A stretch of 64,000 bases of DNA from Vicugna vicugna (taxonomy: Eukaryota): contig MU057632.1 in assembly GCA_013265495.1 (NCBI GenBank), positions 1,100,054-1,164,053 on the forward strand, given 5' to 3'. A program made the position numbers and the translations under genes. The notes under the pieces are model-generated. The model saw only the letters and a program-made list of their open reading frames with translations. It was not told the origin of the DNA and did no database searches. Shown one piece after another: positions 11,506 to 24,911 of this stretch. The first letter of the stretch is position 1, and each line of letters begins with the position of its first letter.

Positions 11506-13624
11506 CCAGGTTTTGATTTTTAAAAAGCCCTTATATCCACTCTTAAATATTGTGTGGGCTAAGAGATCTTTTTAACTTTCTGTTCGTAAAAGCAGAAATG
11601 TCTGGCATTCAAAGTTCCCTCTTATAAGCTCCTGAATATTTGAAACCTGTGATAAATAAATAAATGAATACAATGTTTATAGCAGAAGCATATTCAATCT
11701 GGTCTGTGGCCCTGGAGTTCTTATACACTCAGCCATGAAGTAATAGAAAAATCATTCTCACAGATGAAGAGAAATACACACATGTGGGTGTGTGATTATA
11801 CATACATATGTACAGATATGTATGTGTTTATATACATATAAATGGTGCATTCATCCTAAAACAGGTAAGACAGAGGCCTCCAAGTCTCCTAAACTGGATC
11901 TTAAAGAACACAGGTGGTCAGCTACCCTACTCCCCGCCCTCCCCCAGCAATAGAGACAGGGATCATACTGAGTTATTGCCTACCATGCCTGAGTTGCAGA
12001 GAAGGGAGCACCCCTCTTTCCCAACACCCCACTGTGTCACCCTGTGTTCCCTCAGGGAGCCCTCAGGCATCCAGGTAACCAGCAAGACAGAAGGTTCAGG
12101 ACAGAAGTTCAGAGACCGGGAAATGATCACTGCATCCGAATACCAGGAACCACACGACACACACCCACATGTCAGAATTCTTTCTATAAATTTCCATTTC
12201 CTTATTTTTTCTTCTTTCCTCCTTAAAGGGGGATCTTGACTCATTTCTAAGCTCCTCTGAATAGTCCCTTAGCAACCATTTTAAATAGGATTATATGCAA
12301 CTGTTCTCTATTTAAGGGTGTTATGTTATAAAAATCCCAGTAGAGAGAAACAGACTGGGATGGGGGGTTTATATGGAAAAATATTTTTCAAATATATTTA
12401 AAGAAGATGATGAAATTTATAAAAAAGGTAAACTGATTTCCCCAAAACAACACTGTAGTCTAAAAAAACCAGTGTTTGTCAAAATATTCTTGGTGGTCCA
12501 TCAACTAGCCTCTCCCTCCAGCCTTCCCACCTCTCTCCTGAGCATCCTTGTCAGTTCTTCCATTTGTCCTACTGAAGGATGAGCCCAGACGAACTACCTC
12601 CTGGGAGCATTTTATTATAAGACCCTGTTTACAAATATTCTGCAATATAAAATTATATTCCTAATAGTTTAAATGACATAAAATATTTTACATATTTCAA
12701 ATGTGTATGATAAGTCTTTTAGTGCAAAACAGACAACAACATAGAGTTCCAAAACTTTGTGGCTACATTAGGGCATCAGCACATAGATTTAATAATCAGG
12801 TCAAGGCAGCTTTTGGTTAAATAAAGAAAAGGTAAGTCTGAATTCCTTTCCTTTAAAAAGTTCAAACCATATCTGATTGCAGTCAATTGTTTTCAGGACA
12901 AAGGACAGTGCATGAAATTCAAGAAGCTTGTATGAAGCCTATTTTTCTCATTTGTCCTTACCTAGGATCTTGGAATAAAGATATTTTTCTTTTGCTTGCA
13001 AAATAATACTGAAACAACAAAGCTTTCTTTCCCATGCCACTAGGTTCACAGAAGGTAGTAAACCCTTCCCTCCCTTACAATTCTTTATTTTGACAATAGA
13101 TTTTTTTCCACTGGGCAGTGTGATTCAGTACCTGACACACAATACTTACTCAATAAATATTTGTTCAATTAAATTGAATGTTTAAGCTTGTGTTCATTTC
13201 TAAGGGCTAATATTTGTTGAGACCTCTGGGGACCTTCTTTACCACAGAAGAAGTTCCCTGTCATCTCAACAAGTCATTGTTTGGGGAAGATTATGAAACC
13301 AGCCTTGGGAACAAAGCTATGAAATTTTAAATAAATATGTTAGCCCAGGAAAGAAGGTCATTAAAGCTAAAAGTCATTACAAACAAACACATATACTTGT
13401 TATAATTCAACAGAAATTATGATAGACAACAGCAATGAAAAGGTAAGCTATTTCAATTCTATTCCATTATTTTAGGTATCAGTGTTTTTTTGTTTGCTTT
13501 ATTGGAGACACGATGTTATAAGACATAAAGAACCCAGGGAAGAAATGAATGATGAGAGGTAAAAATTTCATTTGAATAGCAGAGATCTTGTTTCCAAATG
13601 TTTCATAACAAAACATCCTTGACT

Positions 13625-13805
13625 GGGAGGGTATAGGTCAGCAGTAGAGCACGTGCCTAGCATGCATAAGGTCTTGGGTTCAATCTCCAGTACCTCATTT
13701 AAAAAAATAATAAACAAATAAACCTAATTACCTATCTCCCAAAAAATCACTTAAAAAAAAAAGAAAAGTAACAAACAAACAACAACAACAACAACAAAAA
13801 CCAAA
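13625..13805 (+). mobile_element. Vic-1-type SINE
   Basis: gggagggtataggtcagcagtagagcacgtgcctagcatgcataaggtcttgggttcaatctccagtacctc, then aaacctaattacc and an A/(CAA)n tail. Confidence 0.9.
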
Positions 13806-13967
13806 ACCATACTTTCAATAAATGAAAAACATATTACCTAAAACAACAAAAAACTGGCCCTGGCTCTTTGAAATACATTCTTATATTCCCTTCAGACACA
13901 ATGTCATAGACTACAGAAAAGACAAGGTTGAGTACCAGTTTTTAAGCCTCTTTCTTCATCTTCAGAT

Positions 13968-14481
13968 TGGAATACGAAAGAACAAATCTGACTCCATATT
14001 ACATCTGTTCCTTTAGCTCTAACCCTGTGCTCTGTTTCCTGTGCTTAGTCATGCTGGCTCTGCACCTTTTGTAAAACAATGTTGCCTAGAGCCTAAAATA
14101 TCCAGGATAGTCCATTCTCTGGGCTCTGACCTTTAAGGGTATAACATTTTCCTATTCATATGAAGGTAAAATGTTGCAGAATAGAAAATAATGTGTGTCT
14201 TGGAGATTTACTAGAACGCGGTAACCTTACCTACATGGACAGTTGCAAGAACAAAGGATTCTGCAAGAAGTTTACAACAACCAACCACACCCCCTCCCCT
14301 TTTTAGTATTAAAGGAGCCTGAATTCTGACTTGGGGAAGATAGTTCTCCAGGACATTAGTCCTCCCTCTTCTCAGTCTGCTAGCTTTCCAAATAAAGTTG
14401 TTATTCTTTGCCTCAACACTTCATGTCCCAACTTAATTGGCCTGTGGTGCAGCAAACAGAAAGAGTTTGGACTTGGTAACA
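13968..14481 (+). mobile_element. Solo ERV LTR (probably ERV1 class)
   Basis: TG...TAACA termini, AATAAA at 14391, 4-bp near-TSD agat/ggat. Clearly homologous to 58921-59348 in the opposite orientation. Confidence 0.8.
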
Positions 14482-15767
14482 GGATTTTTTTCTATACCTA
14501 ATTCCTAATTCTCCTGTGGACTCAAATGACTAGTTTCAGGATATGAACTTGAAGATTTGATAAAAATCTTATACCTAGGGGAGAGTAGCAAGAATTTGAG
14601 AACATAGGCCTCTCTGTCTAAAACTGAATGCAAGTGCTGGACCTGGTCAGGAGGTAGGGTTTCCTCACTTTGGTAGAGGCTCCATGGAGAGGAGCCCACT
14701 CTCCAGAGTCATAAGTGGAGATGTGATGAGGTCAAATGGAAGAGAAAGAGCAAGACCAAATTCAAATGGAAGCCCTATAAGGGCTTGCAATGTGTGTTCC
14801 TTGCTATCCACCAACTCCCCAGAGCCAGATGGTATCTTAGACTTTGCAAGAGCCAGCAGATTTTTGACAAATAAATGCCTCTCAGTCCTCCAGCATTAGA
14901 CTGATGTGTGGTAAGGAAGCAAAGATTTCAAAATTCTTGCATGTGTCAAGGCTATAGTGAATGTGATTTTCTGAGAGCACATCTAGCCTGTTTCTGAAGA
15001 GGTAATCCAACTAGAAGAGAGAAATCTCCACCAATGGACATTTCTATTTCCAGTCCTAAATCCACCAAGAAACAGAGTATACAGATCTAGGGGAAGCTTC
15101 TGTCCTTTGCTTGGCCAGTTAATCACCAAAAAGGTATATGTGCATCATACAAGCATTTAACTGATGAGAATTTAACCATATGCATGTGAGAGACAGAGAG
15201 ATAAGAAATCTGTTTAAATAGTGGACAGGAATCCCTTCAGTGTTCCAATCCTCTCCATTAGCATTTACCCTGAGTGAGCAGAATTTTCCACCCAGGGGAC
15301 TTTTCCAGCCTCAGTTCCTGTGGGACTCTCATCCACAGAAGACCTCTCCAACCAAGTGAGACTGGTAGTCAATGAATTCAGTGACACATGGGCACACACA
15401 TTTTTATCCAACATGGACCTTAGAGCACAAGCCAACTGCATAATCTGGTGCTTCCTCAACAGAGCTGCCTCACTCAGAGCTGGAGGGTGAATGCCTGTGT
15501 GGATGTAACAGAGATGATGTGTCTGCCTTCAGTGTGGCTCCTTCCAGAGGAGTTTTCAAAAGTAACTTCAACAATACTCAAATTTCGCCTTGCCCACTAC
15601 ACTGCCTTTAGAACCTGATGCCCAAATTAGATTGGATTCCACTATCATCTTCACTCAATCTCTTCCAATCCATTCTCCCTCCCAGAGGCAGACTCATAGA
15701 CTCCTCTTGTTCTTTGGAGCTGCAAGCTGTCTCTTTGGTTTGGGCAAATTTCTGAGCTCTTGGAGGG

Positions 15768-16466
15768 TTTTTTTTTTTTTTAATAAATGAGACCTATTTT
15801 TATTAAACAGACATTTAAAAAAATTTTAATTGAAGTGTAGCTGATTTACAATGTTAGTTTCAGGTGTACAGCAAAGTGATTATTTTTACATATACATAAA
15901 TACATATACATATATATATATATTTATTTTCTTTTCAGGTCCTTTTCCAACTATATGTTATTATAAGAAATTGAATAGAGTTCCATGTGCTATACAGTAG
16001 GTCCTTGTTGTTTACCTATCTTATACATAGTAATATGTGTCTGTTAATTCCCAACCCCTAATTTATCCCTCTGCATTCTTTCCCCTTTGGTAACTATAGT
16101 TTGTTTTCTATGTCTGTGAGTCTGTTTTTGATTTATAAATAAAATTTGTATCTTTTTTTAGATTCCACATATAAGTGACATCATATGATATTTGTCTTTC
16201 TCTGTCTAGCTTACTTCACATAGTATGATAATCTCTAGGTCTATCCATTTTGCTCCAGGTGGCATTATTTTTATTTTTTCATGGCTGAGTAGTATTCCAT
16301 TGTATATATATACACCACAACTTCTTTTTCCAGTCATCTGTTGATGGACATTTGGGCTGCTTCCATGTCTTGGCTACTGTAAATGGTGCTGCTGTGAACA
16401 CTGGGGTGCTTGTGTCTTTTTGAATTATAGTTTTCTCCAGCTATATGTTCAGGAGTGGGATTGCTA
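15768..16466 (-). mobile_element. 5'-truncated lineage-specific L1 3' end
   Basis: Reverse-strand L1 3' UTR and ORF2 end (aattgaagtgtagctgatttacaatg...catggctgagtagtattccattg...aggagtgggattgct), poly(T) at 15768-15781. Confidence 0.92.
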
Positions 16467-17068
16467 GCATCTTTTACACCTTCCCTGGAATACCTAAATT
16501 CTCTTAGAAATAACCCCGACTAACTTACTTTGTCCCCTGTGTCTGCACTCGACCCAAGGCCCAAAGTAGGAATGCAAAAACAACACTGTGTGTACCAGAC
16601 ATCAGCAAAAACATACACGAAGTATCTCTGAAAGCAATCCTGGATCACAAAGGACATAGAACAGAGTAGAGGGTATAGGTACCTTGATGAGGCCAAGAAA
16701 GCAAGCAGGAAAGAGTAAGTCCAAGTCCTAAAATCTGGGTCATCATTCAGAGCAGTATTAGGAGGAAGCTAGCTGAATTTTGCCAACAGGGCCATAATAA
16801 ATATAAATCCCTCCATTCACAGTCTTAAAAATCCGTTTATGAAAACCCCAAATGCCTAAGGAAATTACATAGCATTGACAATTACTAACTACTAATACAG
16901 AACACAAGTCTTCACGCCTGGTTAAAATATGATAATACTCTGAGAGTTTGGTGAGCCCAACATGGCCCAGTGCATATTCATGGACTAGATATTGCCCACC
17001 CACTGGCCAACGCTGGCTGAGCCAAGGATCTCACAGCCAGCATATTGGTTAAAATATGTCCAGTCCAA

Positions 17069-17154
17069 GAGGAAGGGTGTAGCTCAGTGGTGGAGTGTGT
17101 GCTTAGCATGCACGAGGTCCTGGGCTCAATCCCCAGTAACTCCATTTGAAAAAA
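17069..17154 (+). mobile_element. Short Vic-1-type SINE (tRNA-like part plus poly-A only)
   Basis: 18-bp TSD aaaatatgtccagtccaa (17051-17068, 17155-17172). Confidence 0.93.
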
Positions 17155-20100
17155 AAAATATGTCCAGTCCAAAAACACACAATATTTCACCATGTTCCAA
17201 AGTTTCCAAAGTCAGACAAAGACATGGAAACCTTTGTTTTACTTTTTCTCCCTCCTTCTAAAGTTATGTATTTTTATAATATGTAATGTTTGTATTTCCC
17301 CTGAAGCCTTGGACTGTCAGCCTCTCTGATGGTCTATCAAATGCACTGTTATTTTTAATTTTCTCCTGATCCGGGACAAGTGATTGCACAGAAGTGCCGC
17401 CCCCCCACCCTGATTTTCACAGCCTTCCAGATCGTCTTAGGACTAAAACATTCTTTCCTCTGTGCAAATTAACTTTCCTCTCTGCAGTGTAGCTATCTAA
17501 ATGGAAACCTAGACTCATCTCTGACCATCCCGCCCGGAACAGATACTCAGTGTTGAGACAGAGGTGGGCTGATCCCTCAACCAGGACTCTCCTGTGATGT
17601 GGGAGAGGAGGGCTGGCAGCATCCATCTACAAGCCGAGGGGTGCCAGGAAGTACACTGGAGAGCCTTTAAATTGCATTTAATCAAAGTCTGAGTCCACAC
17701 CGATTTCCTTCTGATCTAAATGGCATCTATTTTATCATCAGCATTACCAATAATTGCAAACCACTTTAGAGAAATTAAAAACGAGCTCTGACATATACAT
17801 TAAAACAGCAAAATAAACAGAGCTCCCTGAAAGTTTAGTAAGCTTGGTGGTAACTTACAGAATCACATAATTGTTCATTTTAGTGCACCTCCACAAGCCC
17901 GAGCCCAAACAGTATTTTAATTAAGCACCTCATTAATTAGAATGAATGAAACATTCTGGAAAGCGAGAAACCCTGGAGGGTTTGATGAGAAGAAGTCCAG
18001 TGGATACTGGAATCCAGGATTTCCAGAGCTGACTTGGGATGAGGATGTGGGCTTCCCCACAGATCTCCCAAACTCATGGTCAGCTTCTCGTGTAGGTCGA
18101 GATGCAGGTCACAAAAGGGAAGCTACAAAATTCCCTCAGTGGTTGCATCTGTCACTTTCTGTTAGGAAAAGATGAATTCAGAAACATTTTCAATGAATGT
18201 AAGGGAGAAATAAACTGAAAGACGGTAGGATCAAAGTATTGATATACTGAAATGTAGTTGATTTACAATGTTAGTTTCATGTATACAGCAAAGTGGAAAA
18301 AAACTGATATAAGGGGAAATCAAGGAAGATAAGATTAAATGAGTTTTAACTTTCTCATTTTACCCTCTAATCATCTCGTCTGGGTTTAAATACATACTTG
18401 GTGAAACAAACACTGACTCTGGCTCTGGGTTTTAATTTTCTAAACAAAAATATATGGTGGTAGGAGAAACACTGTAAAAATGTTAATTACCAGATAAAGG
18501 GTTCATCTTGGCTTGAACAAAACATATTGTAACATCACGCTGAAGGGAAAATAATAGGGGTGCCCAAATTTACCAATGACTGTGCAGCCAACACGGCATC
18601 CTCTGCCTTTCGAAATGCGCTGCTCTGCCTCTTCCAGTTTCTGTTTGGTCTGCCAGTAAATTGAGGGCCCTGTAGGCAGCCGCCCATGTAGTTAAGGATG
18701 CTGGTTTCACCCTAAGAGGCTGGCTCTCCTAGAAGGGGCCCACTCCTCCCCCTCCATCCAGCTCCCCTCCTTCCAGTAGGCCTTCCTTCCAGCAGCCCCA
18801 AAAGGATGGCACAAAGGGTTGGATTTACTAGGCAGGGGAGAGCCCAAGGGCCAAACAAGAAACATCAGTCCTCCCCGGAAGTGACTGGCATTTTAGACAA
18901 AAGATGCTTTGCCTCTCTCTTCTGGGAAGATTCCCCACTGAGGCTCTCAGATTTCTGCCTCCAGTAATGAAGAGGAGTAGAGAGCAAAGCAGGGAAGAAG
19001 GGAGATAAAGTGCCTACATTTCTGCCCCAATTAACCATTATGTCTTCCCTAAAGAAATAGAAACAGAAATTGAAAGCCAAAGAGTGCCCTCTTTGGGGCT
19101 GGAGGGGAAGGAACACCCATCTACTAGAGCCAAGAGTCCAAAGGGTAAATGAAAAGTCAATTACCCACCATTCATATCACCCAGCACTCTGACCAAGCAT
19201 GACTGTGAAAGATTTGGCAATGCCTGATGGGCTAAAGGCAAATACATCAGCCTCTTAACTTCAAATTTGAAGGCAAAAAAAATTAAGGATTAATCCTCAG
19301 GGTTACACCAATTCTTGTAAATCACTGCCAGATTGAGTGTAAAGAACATTCTAGAAGGAGCCTTATCTTTTCAAAAATTTACATTAAATGCAATGGAATA
19401 TATATGGAAATTACCAGAGTTTCACCAACAAACCACAGGTTGTGATTATGTACACTTGATTTTCTCATGAGTTAAAAGCAGACATTTTGATATATATGGT
19501 GTTATCGAAGTATCCATGCTGTGAGCTCGAACTTTCATTATACCTTTATTGTCTGAGTATTTGCATTACACCTCAAGCTCAGCAGAGGTGCAGAGCTGTG
19601 ATGTGTATTTCTATTTATAATACTGCAAAATTATTCTCATGACTCCTAATTTTACTGAAAATATCAGCATTATTCCAACTGTCCACAAGTATAAGTGCCT
19701 ACTGTCGTTTCATTTAAACAATGTTTTTGAAGATCATTTTTTATATTTGATTTGGCATTTATTATGAGTATTTACTCAAGAATGCTATTGATTCAATGTG
19801 GGAATCTGTTCATTTTTGAAATAAGGCAGTCCCATACAAAGAGTACAAAGATTATTTCCAGTTGGAAATTGAATATTTGAGTTTCAATCTGTTTCACTGA
19901 ATAGACCGTATGAATTATGTATGTAAATCCCTATGCATTCAACTAAACAGGTGAGTCAAGATGTTTCCTTTAGTAAAACAACAAAAGTGAAGAATTAAAT
20001 CTGTGGCATAATGCACAGTAAATCTATTTCAAAGTGCTGCTGAAATAAGGATATTACCTTAGTTCGAAAGAAAAAAGCACCCACCTTCTTCTGTGTGTTA

Positions 20101-21267
20101 ATGAAGCTCAGGTAACTGCATTGTGCTAAAACCATACCAACAGAGTAGTATTCTGGCTTAGCATAAAGTGAGAACCGAAGCTCCAATTGTGATTCAAAAT
20201 TCCTTTGTATGGGTTCAATACAGCAAGTACAGTACTTCTGAGCTGGAACGGGGTTCACACTGCATAGCTTCACCTGCCTTTACTCAAAGAGATATAAGTA
20301 CAGGGTGCATAGTACTATTTAAACTCACACTGTTATAAAATAACAGTTATTATAGCTGGAAGTCGTTGAGGCTGCCCGTGTGTGAAGAGCTGTGCCAGGT
20401 GCTTTATGTAACCATTGTTGCCTTGTTTACTCCTCCCAGTGACCCCTGTTCCATACATGAGACACTGGGAGGATAAATGATCAATCAAGATGTAAAGCAA
20501 GATCTAGTTGATTCTGAAATTCACATGCTTCCTTCCCTGCATCCCATAATAATGACTACTACTGGTAATGATAGGAGTATACATCAGAGAAACTCTTCCT
20601 TATCACCTGCATTTCAGTGTCTGGGTGTAATAATGGGTTTATTTCTCAGGGCCATGGAACATTCACTCCTCGTGCTGTGTAATCCTGACCTAATCATTTT
20701 TCCCTATATTTTCTTTTCTGGGAATAGGCATAGTAGTTACAGTTGTCTTACCTACTGACTTCTGAGAGCCACAGTGAGAGCAAAGAAGACATGTGCATCT
20801 GAGCACTTTCTGCTGTCAGTGCAAATGCTAGTTGTTGATGCTCTCACTTGGTCATAGTGGAAACATCCTGTCTTCGGAGAGCAGTATCTGTCAGTCAATT
20901 AGATGTCAGAAATGAGAAAGAAGAGAAGTCCCCAAAATGGCCATATTTTGGACTTAAAAAAAACTTCAAGGAAGTTTGTCTTCTTTACTCCAGATAGAAA
21001 CCATTTCCTGTGGAAAGTGTAAACACTCCTCTAGCTAGTCATTTCCAGGCCAGGATTTTCTAGATGTCTTCAGAATATTCCCAGTTAATAATCTTATTAT
21101 CATTTCAGGCAGGATAGGGAGTTAGGGAAATGGGTTCTAGATCTTACTTTGATGCTGGGAAGTCACTGGAGCTCTCTGGGATACACTCAGAGTGTAATCT
21201 TGGGAAGGATGGGACCTTGTCCCACAGCCTCCATCAAGGCCTGCTCCAGAGTAAATATTACAGTTTA

Positions 21268-21832
21268 CATGGAAGCAACCTAAATGTCCACTGACAGATG
21301 ACTGGATGAAGAAGATGTGGCATATTTATATGATGGAATGCTGCTCAGCCATAAAAAAGAATGAAATAATGCCATTTGCAGCAACATGGATGGACTTAGA
21401 GATTATTGTACCAAATGAAGTCAGTCAGCCAGAGAAAGAAAAATATCATATGATATCATTTATATGGTGAATATAAAAAGTGACGCAAATGCACTTATTT
21501 ACAAAACAGAGACAGACTCACAAACATAGAAAACAAACTTACAGTTACTGGGGCAAAAAGTAAGAGAGATAAAGTAGGAGTTCTGGATTTGCAGACCCAA
21601 ACTACTATAGATAAATAGTTAGCAACAAGGGCCCACTGCATAGCACAGAAAACTAAATTCAATACCTTGTAATAGCCTATAATGAAAAAGAATATGAAAG
21701 GGACTGTGTGTGTGTGTATGTGTGTATATATATATGTATATATACATACATATACATGTATAACTGAATCACTGTGGTGTACACCAGAAGTTAACACAAC
21801 ATTGTAAACCAACTATACTTCAATTAAAAAAA
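21268..21832 (+). mobile_element. 5'-truncated lineage-specific L1 3' end with internal (TG)/(TA) repeat
   Basis: catggaagcaacctaaatgtcc...gccatttgcagcaacatggatggac...ctatacttcaattaaaaaaa. Confidence 0.92.
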
Positions 21833-23219
21833 CTGTTTAGGTGGGTGAATAAAGCTTCACAGCTACAAAAAGAGTGCACTGAGATGGATGAGTAGTTTCA
21901 GATATCTCCTTTTGCTGCAGAACTCTTCTTATTTTCAGTTAGATCCCCAAATTGCAAGCTCTAAAACAGCTAAGGCAGGATGCTGGGACTGGGGCAGAAG
22001 GACGGCATGTGTGTACCTAGACCCCACCCACCATGCCCTCTCCTTCTCTAGTCATTGTTACTCCCCAAAGCTCTGGACCAAATCCAGTGGACTCTGTACA
22101 AACCAGAGGTTTGGAGGCTAAAACCCCTTTCAACTCAAATTCCATGAGTCTAAATACTGATTTCTATCTTCAATGGGTTAGTTATTTCTATATCAATGAA
22201 AGTAGACTGTCTTCTTTTTAGAAACAAGTAGCTTAATTAACAAAATATTTACTTTTGAATTATTCTAAAATGCTCACCAAATATCCTGTGTGCTCTCCTA
22301 TATTTCCTATCCTGTCTCGTAGTTGCCTGGCCCTGGCCCGTGGCCCATGAGCAACAGGGACATATGTTAATTCTACCTCCTCCCTCCCCTGGCAGTGGAC
22401 ACACGTTCCCTGGCAGTGGACACATGTTCCAGAGATCACTACTTCCTCATGGAAGGGCACCACCTGGAACTGTGCAAGTGACAAATAAAGTTTTATTATG
22501 TTAAGCCATGAAAATTTGAAAAGTTGCTTGTATTAATTTTTCTGACACTTTTAATTCAATAGGGATCTTTGGACTGAATAGTGAATATGCTTTCTAAAAT
22601 TCCCTCCTTTATTTTCCTGTTGTACAAGAAGTCCAAAGAGCTGAGTCCTTACAGAAGTCACACTCCAAGCGGCAAGGAAAGGATTATTTGGAGAACAATG
22701 ATCCAAGCAGAAGGAGGGAATTTCCAAACACCATACACCATAGTTGCCCCAAATTTATCTCACTGAATTAAAAACCCGTCATTGAGTATCTTCCAAACTG
22801 TTTGTTGTTTCAGGTAGATTGCCTTACTTACAAAAAAAATAATTGGTGAGAAGAAACATAGAGCTGAAGGTTTCATGAAAGCACACCTTTTCAATTAAAT
22901 GCATAAAAAAACAAAACCAAATCCAGACAAATCAGTTCTCAAGTGAAGTCATCACCGTTCACAAATCTTATTCATTGCCTCAGTGGCATTTGCAAGTGTT
23001 CTATAGAAAGTCTTATAATTTAAGATTTGGGTGATATTGTCAATTCCCCCCAAGAGATGTACAGTCTGGACACTATTAACAATTGATTAAAATTTTGTTT
23101 ATAAATCATAAGTTTATCCTTATCCTATTAATTGACTTCCTGCTTAACCTAACATTTCCTTTAATTGTTAAGCAGTCAAGAAATATTTAACTGTACCAAA
23201 TTTCTTCCTTTTCAGCTAA

Positions 23220-23603
23220 AATTATTCAGTGGATGTTGTGTAAATCTGCCCAGATGCTGCTTTCAAGATGGGAGGACTTACTCCTCCACTTGTTGGGGGA
23301 TGCTCATAACTGTCAACCTCCCTTTGAACTGTCCTCTGCTAAAGAGAGCCACCTCTCCCAGGGCCAGGTCCCCATGTTGGGCAGCATGGATCCAGTGACT
23401 GGTCAATCCAAAGGTATTATAACTATCTTCACAGCTCCCAAGAAGCTGTCTGAGGTCTGATGGCATCTGCACTGCTTCCCCCTTTCCAACCTGTCTGCTC
23501 CCCTGCTCACACTGACACAAATCCTGAAAAACTCTCCCTAAGAAACTTCCTACACAAGAATCTCCATCTCTGAGTCTGTTTCTAGGGAACTTGACCTACA
23601 ACA
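23220..23603 (+). mobile_element. LTR16-like ERVL solo LTR
   Basis: End aatctccatctctgagtctgtttctagggaacttgacctacaaca is typical of the LTR16/LTR33 group and resembles the end of the LTR at 49571-49977. Confidence 0.65.
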
Positions 23604-24103
23604 AATCTACTCTCTAACCACGAGGATGGGAGACAAGGCAAGTGAGAGTGCACAGAGCTTTTCCCATCACATCATGTGTCCCAGACTGTCCCTCACAGCA
23701 AAGGATGTGAAGCAAGTCATGTCACTCTGTATTCTGTGTCCCCAAACGCTTTCAAGTCAAAATGAACAGGGGCGTCCGGAGAGAGAAGACAGAAACATGA
23801 CCTGAAAAGATGTGTGTGAGAAAGGGGAAAGGACAATTTTTCTCAATAACAGAGTGCTCATTCATTGACACCTCGTATGCCTTGCGTATGTACACATATG
23901 TATATAGAGAGAAATATGAAGATATGCACTCATGATTGAATTGAAAATATTCTTTCTGAACCTGAAAACTCCAGGGCAGACTTAAGAATATCTAGTATGC
24001 CTAGTGTGGAAAAAGAAGAACTACAAAGTCCTAATCAGGTCTCCCTTTCAGTGGGAAGAATCAAAAACCTACTCAAACTAGCTCTGCTCAACAATACACA
24101 GCA

Positions 24104-24235
24104 GGGAGGAGGGTCTAACTCAGTGGTAGAGTGTGTGCTTAGCATGCATGGGGTCCTGGGTTCAATTCCCAGTTACCTGCATTAAAATAAATAAAGAAAC
24201 CTAATTACCTTCCCCAAATAAAAACAATAGATAGA

Positions 24236-24270
<35 letters not shown>

Positions 24271-24274
24271 AAAG
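24104..24274 (+). mobile_element. Vic-1-type SINE with (TAAA)n tail
   Basis: TSD aatacacagca at 24093-24103 and 24275-24285. Confidence 0.93.
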
Positions 24275-24911
24275 AATACACAGCAAAGCGTTCAGCCAGC
24301 CTCACAGTGACTCTTCTGGGAGGTCAGGGTCACGGGCTCTTCTCTTGGTGACTCAGGGGCCAGAAGTCCTCTCGCATCTGCAGATCTCTTCTCTGAAAGC
24401 CTCCCTCTCCGTGGGTTCCTCTCACATGTGGCTCCCTCTGTAGTCTTTTGGCAAATCCACACTCCTGCTTTGCACCTCAACTATCTCAAACCTTCTTCCT
24501 GGCCCTCAAGCCTCCAATTCCCATCACTCTCAGAAGATGAGTCACATTCTACTTGAATACAAACAGAAACTATTGGATATAAGGTGCCTCCTCTTTCTGG
24601 TTACAAACTTAGAACTTCTTTTATTCAAACATTTTTATTCACTGTGATCTCTCCATCAACTTTTAAACATTCTTAAATTTATTCTACTTAAATACCGTTT
24701 CAAAGAGGCCCACAGTGGACCTACTTTCCATACCCCTCATGATGTCCCCTCTTGTCTCTCTTCCCAAACTTCTTGAAAGATTTGCCCATATTAACAATAT
24801 GAACTTATTAATGGCACGTATGTATTTTTGTGAAATCACCAGTGACAGCTCCTTGGCACTGAATCCAATAACTACTTATCAGTTCTCACTGCATTTGGTG
24901 TCTCAGAATTC

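Noticed and set aside
17069..17154. tRNA-Ala(AGC) gene calls here and at about 35020-35096 and other copies
   Set aside because: They have A-rich tails, TSDs and stem or B-box mismatches, so they are SINE retrocopies rather than functional tRNA genes.
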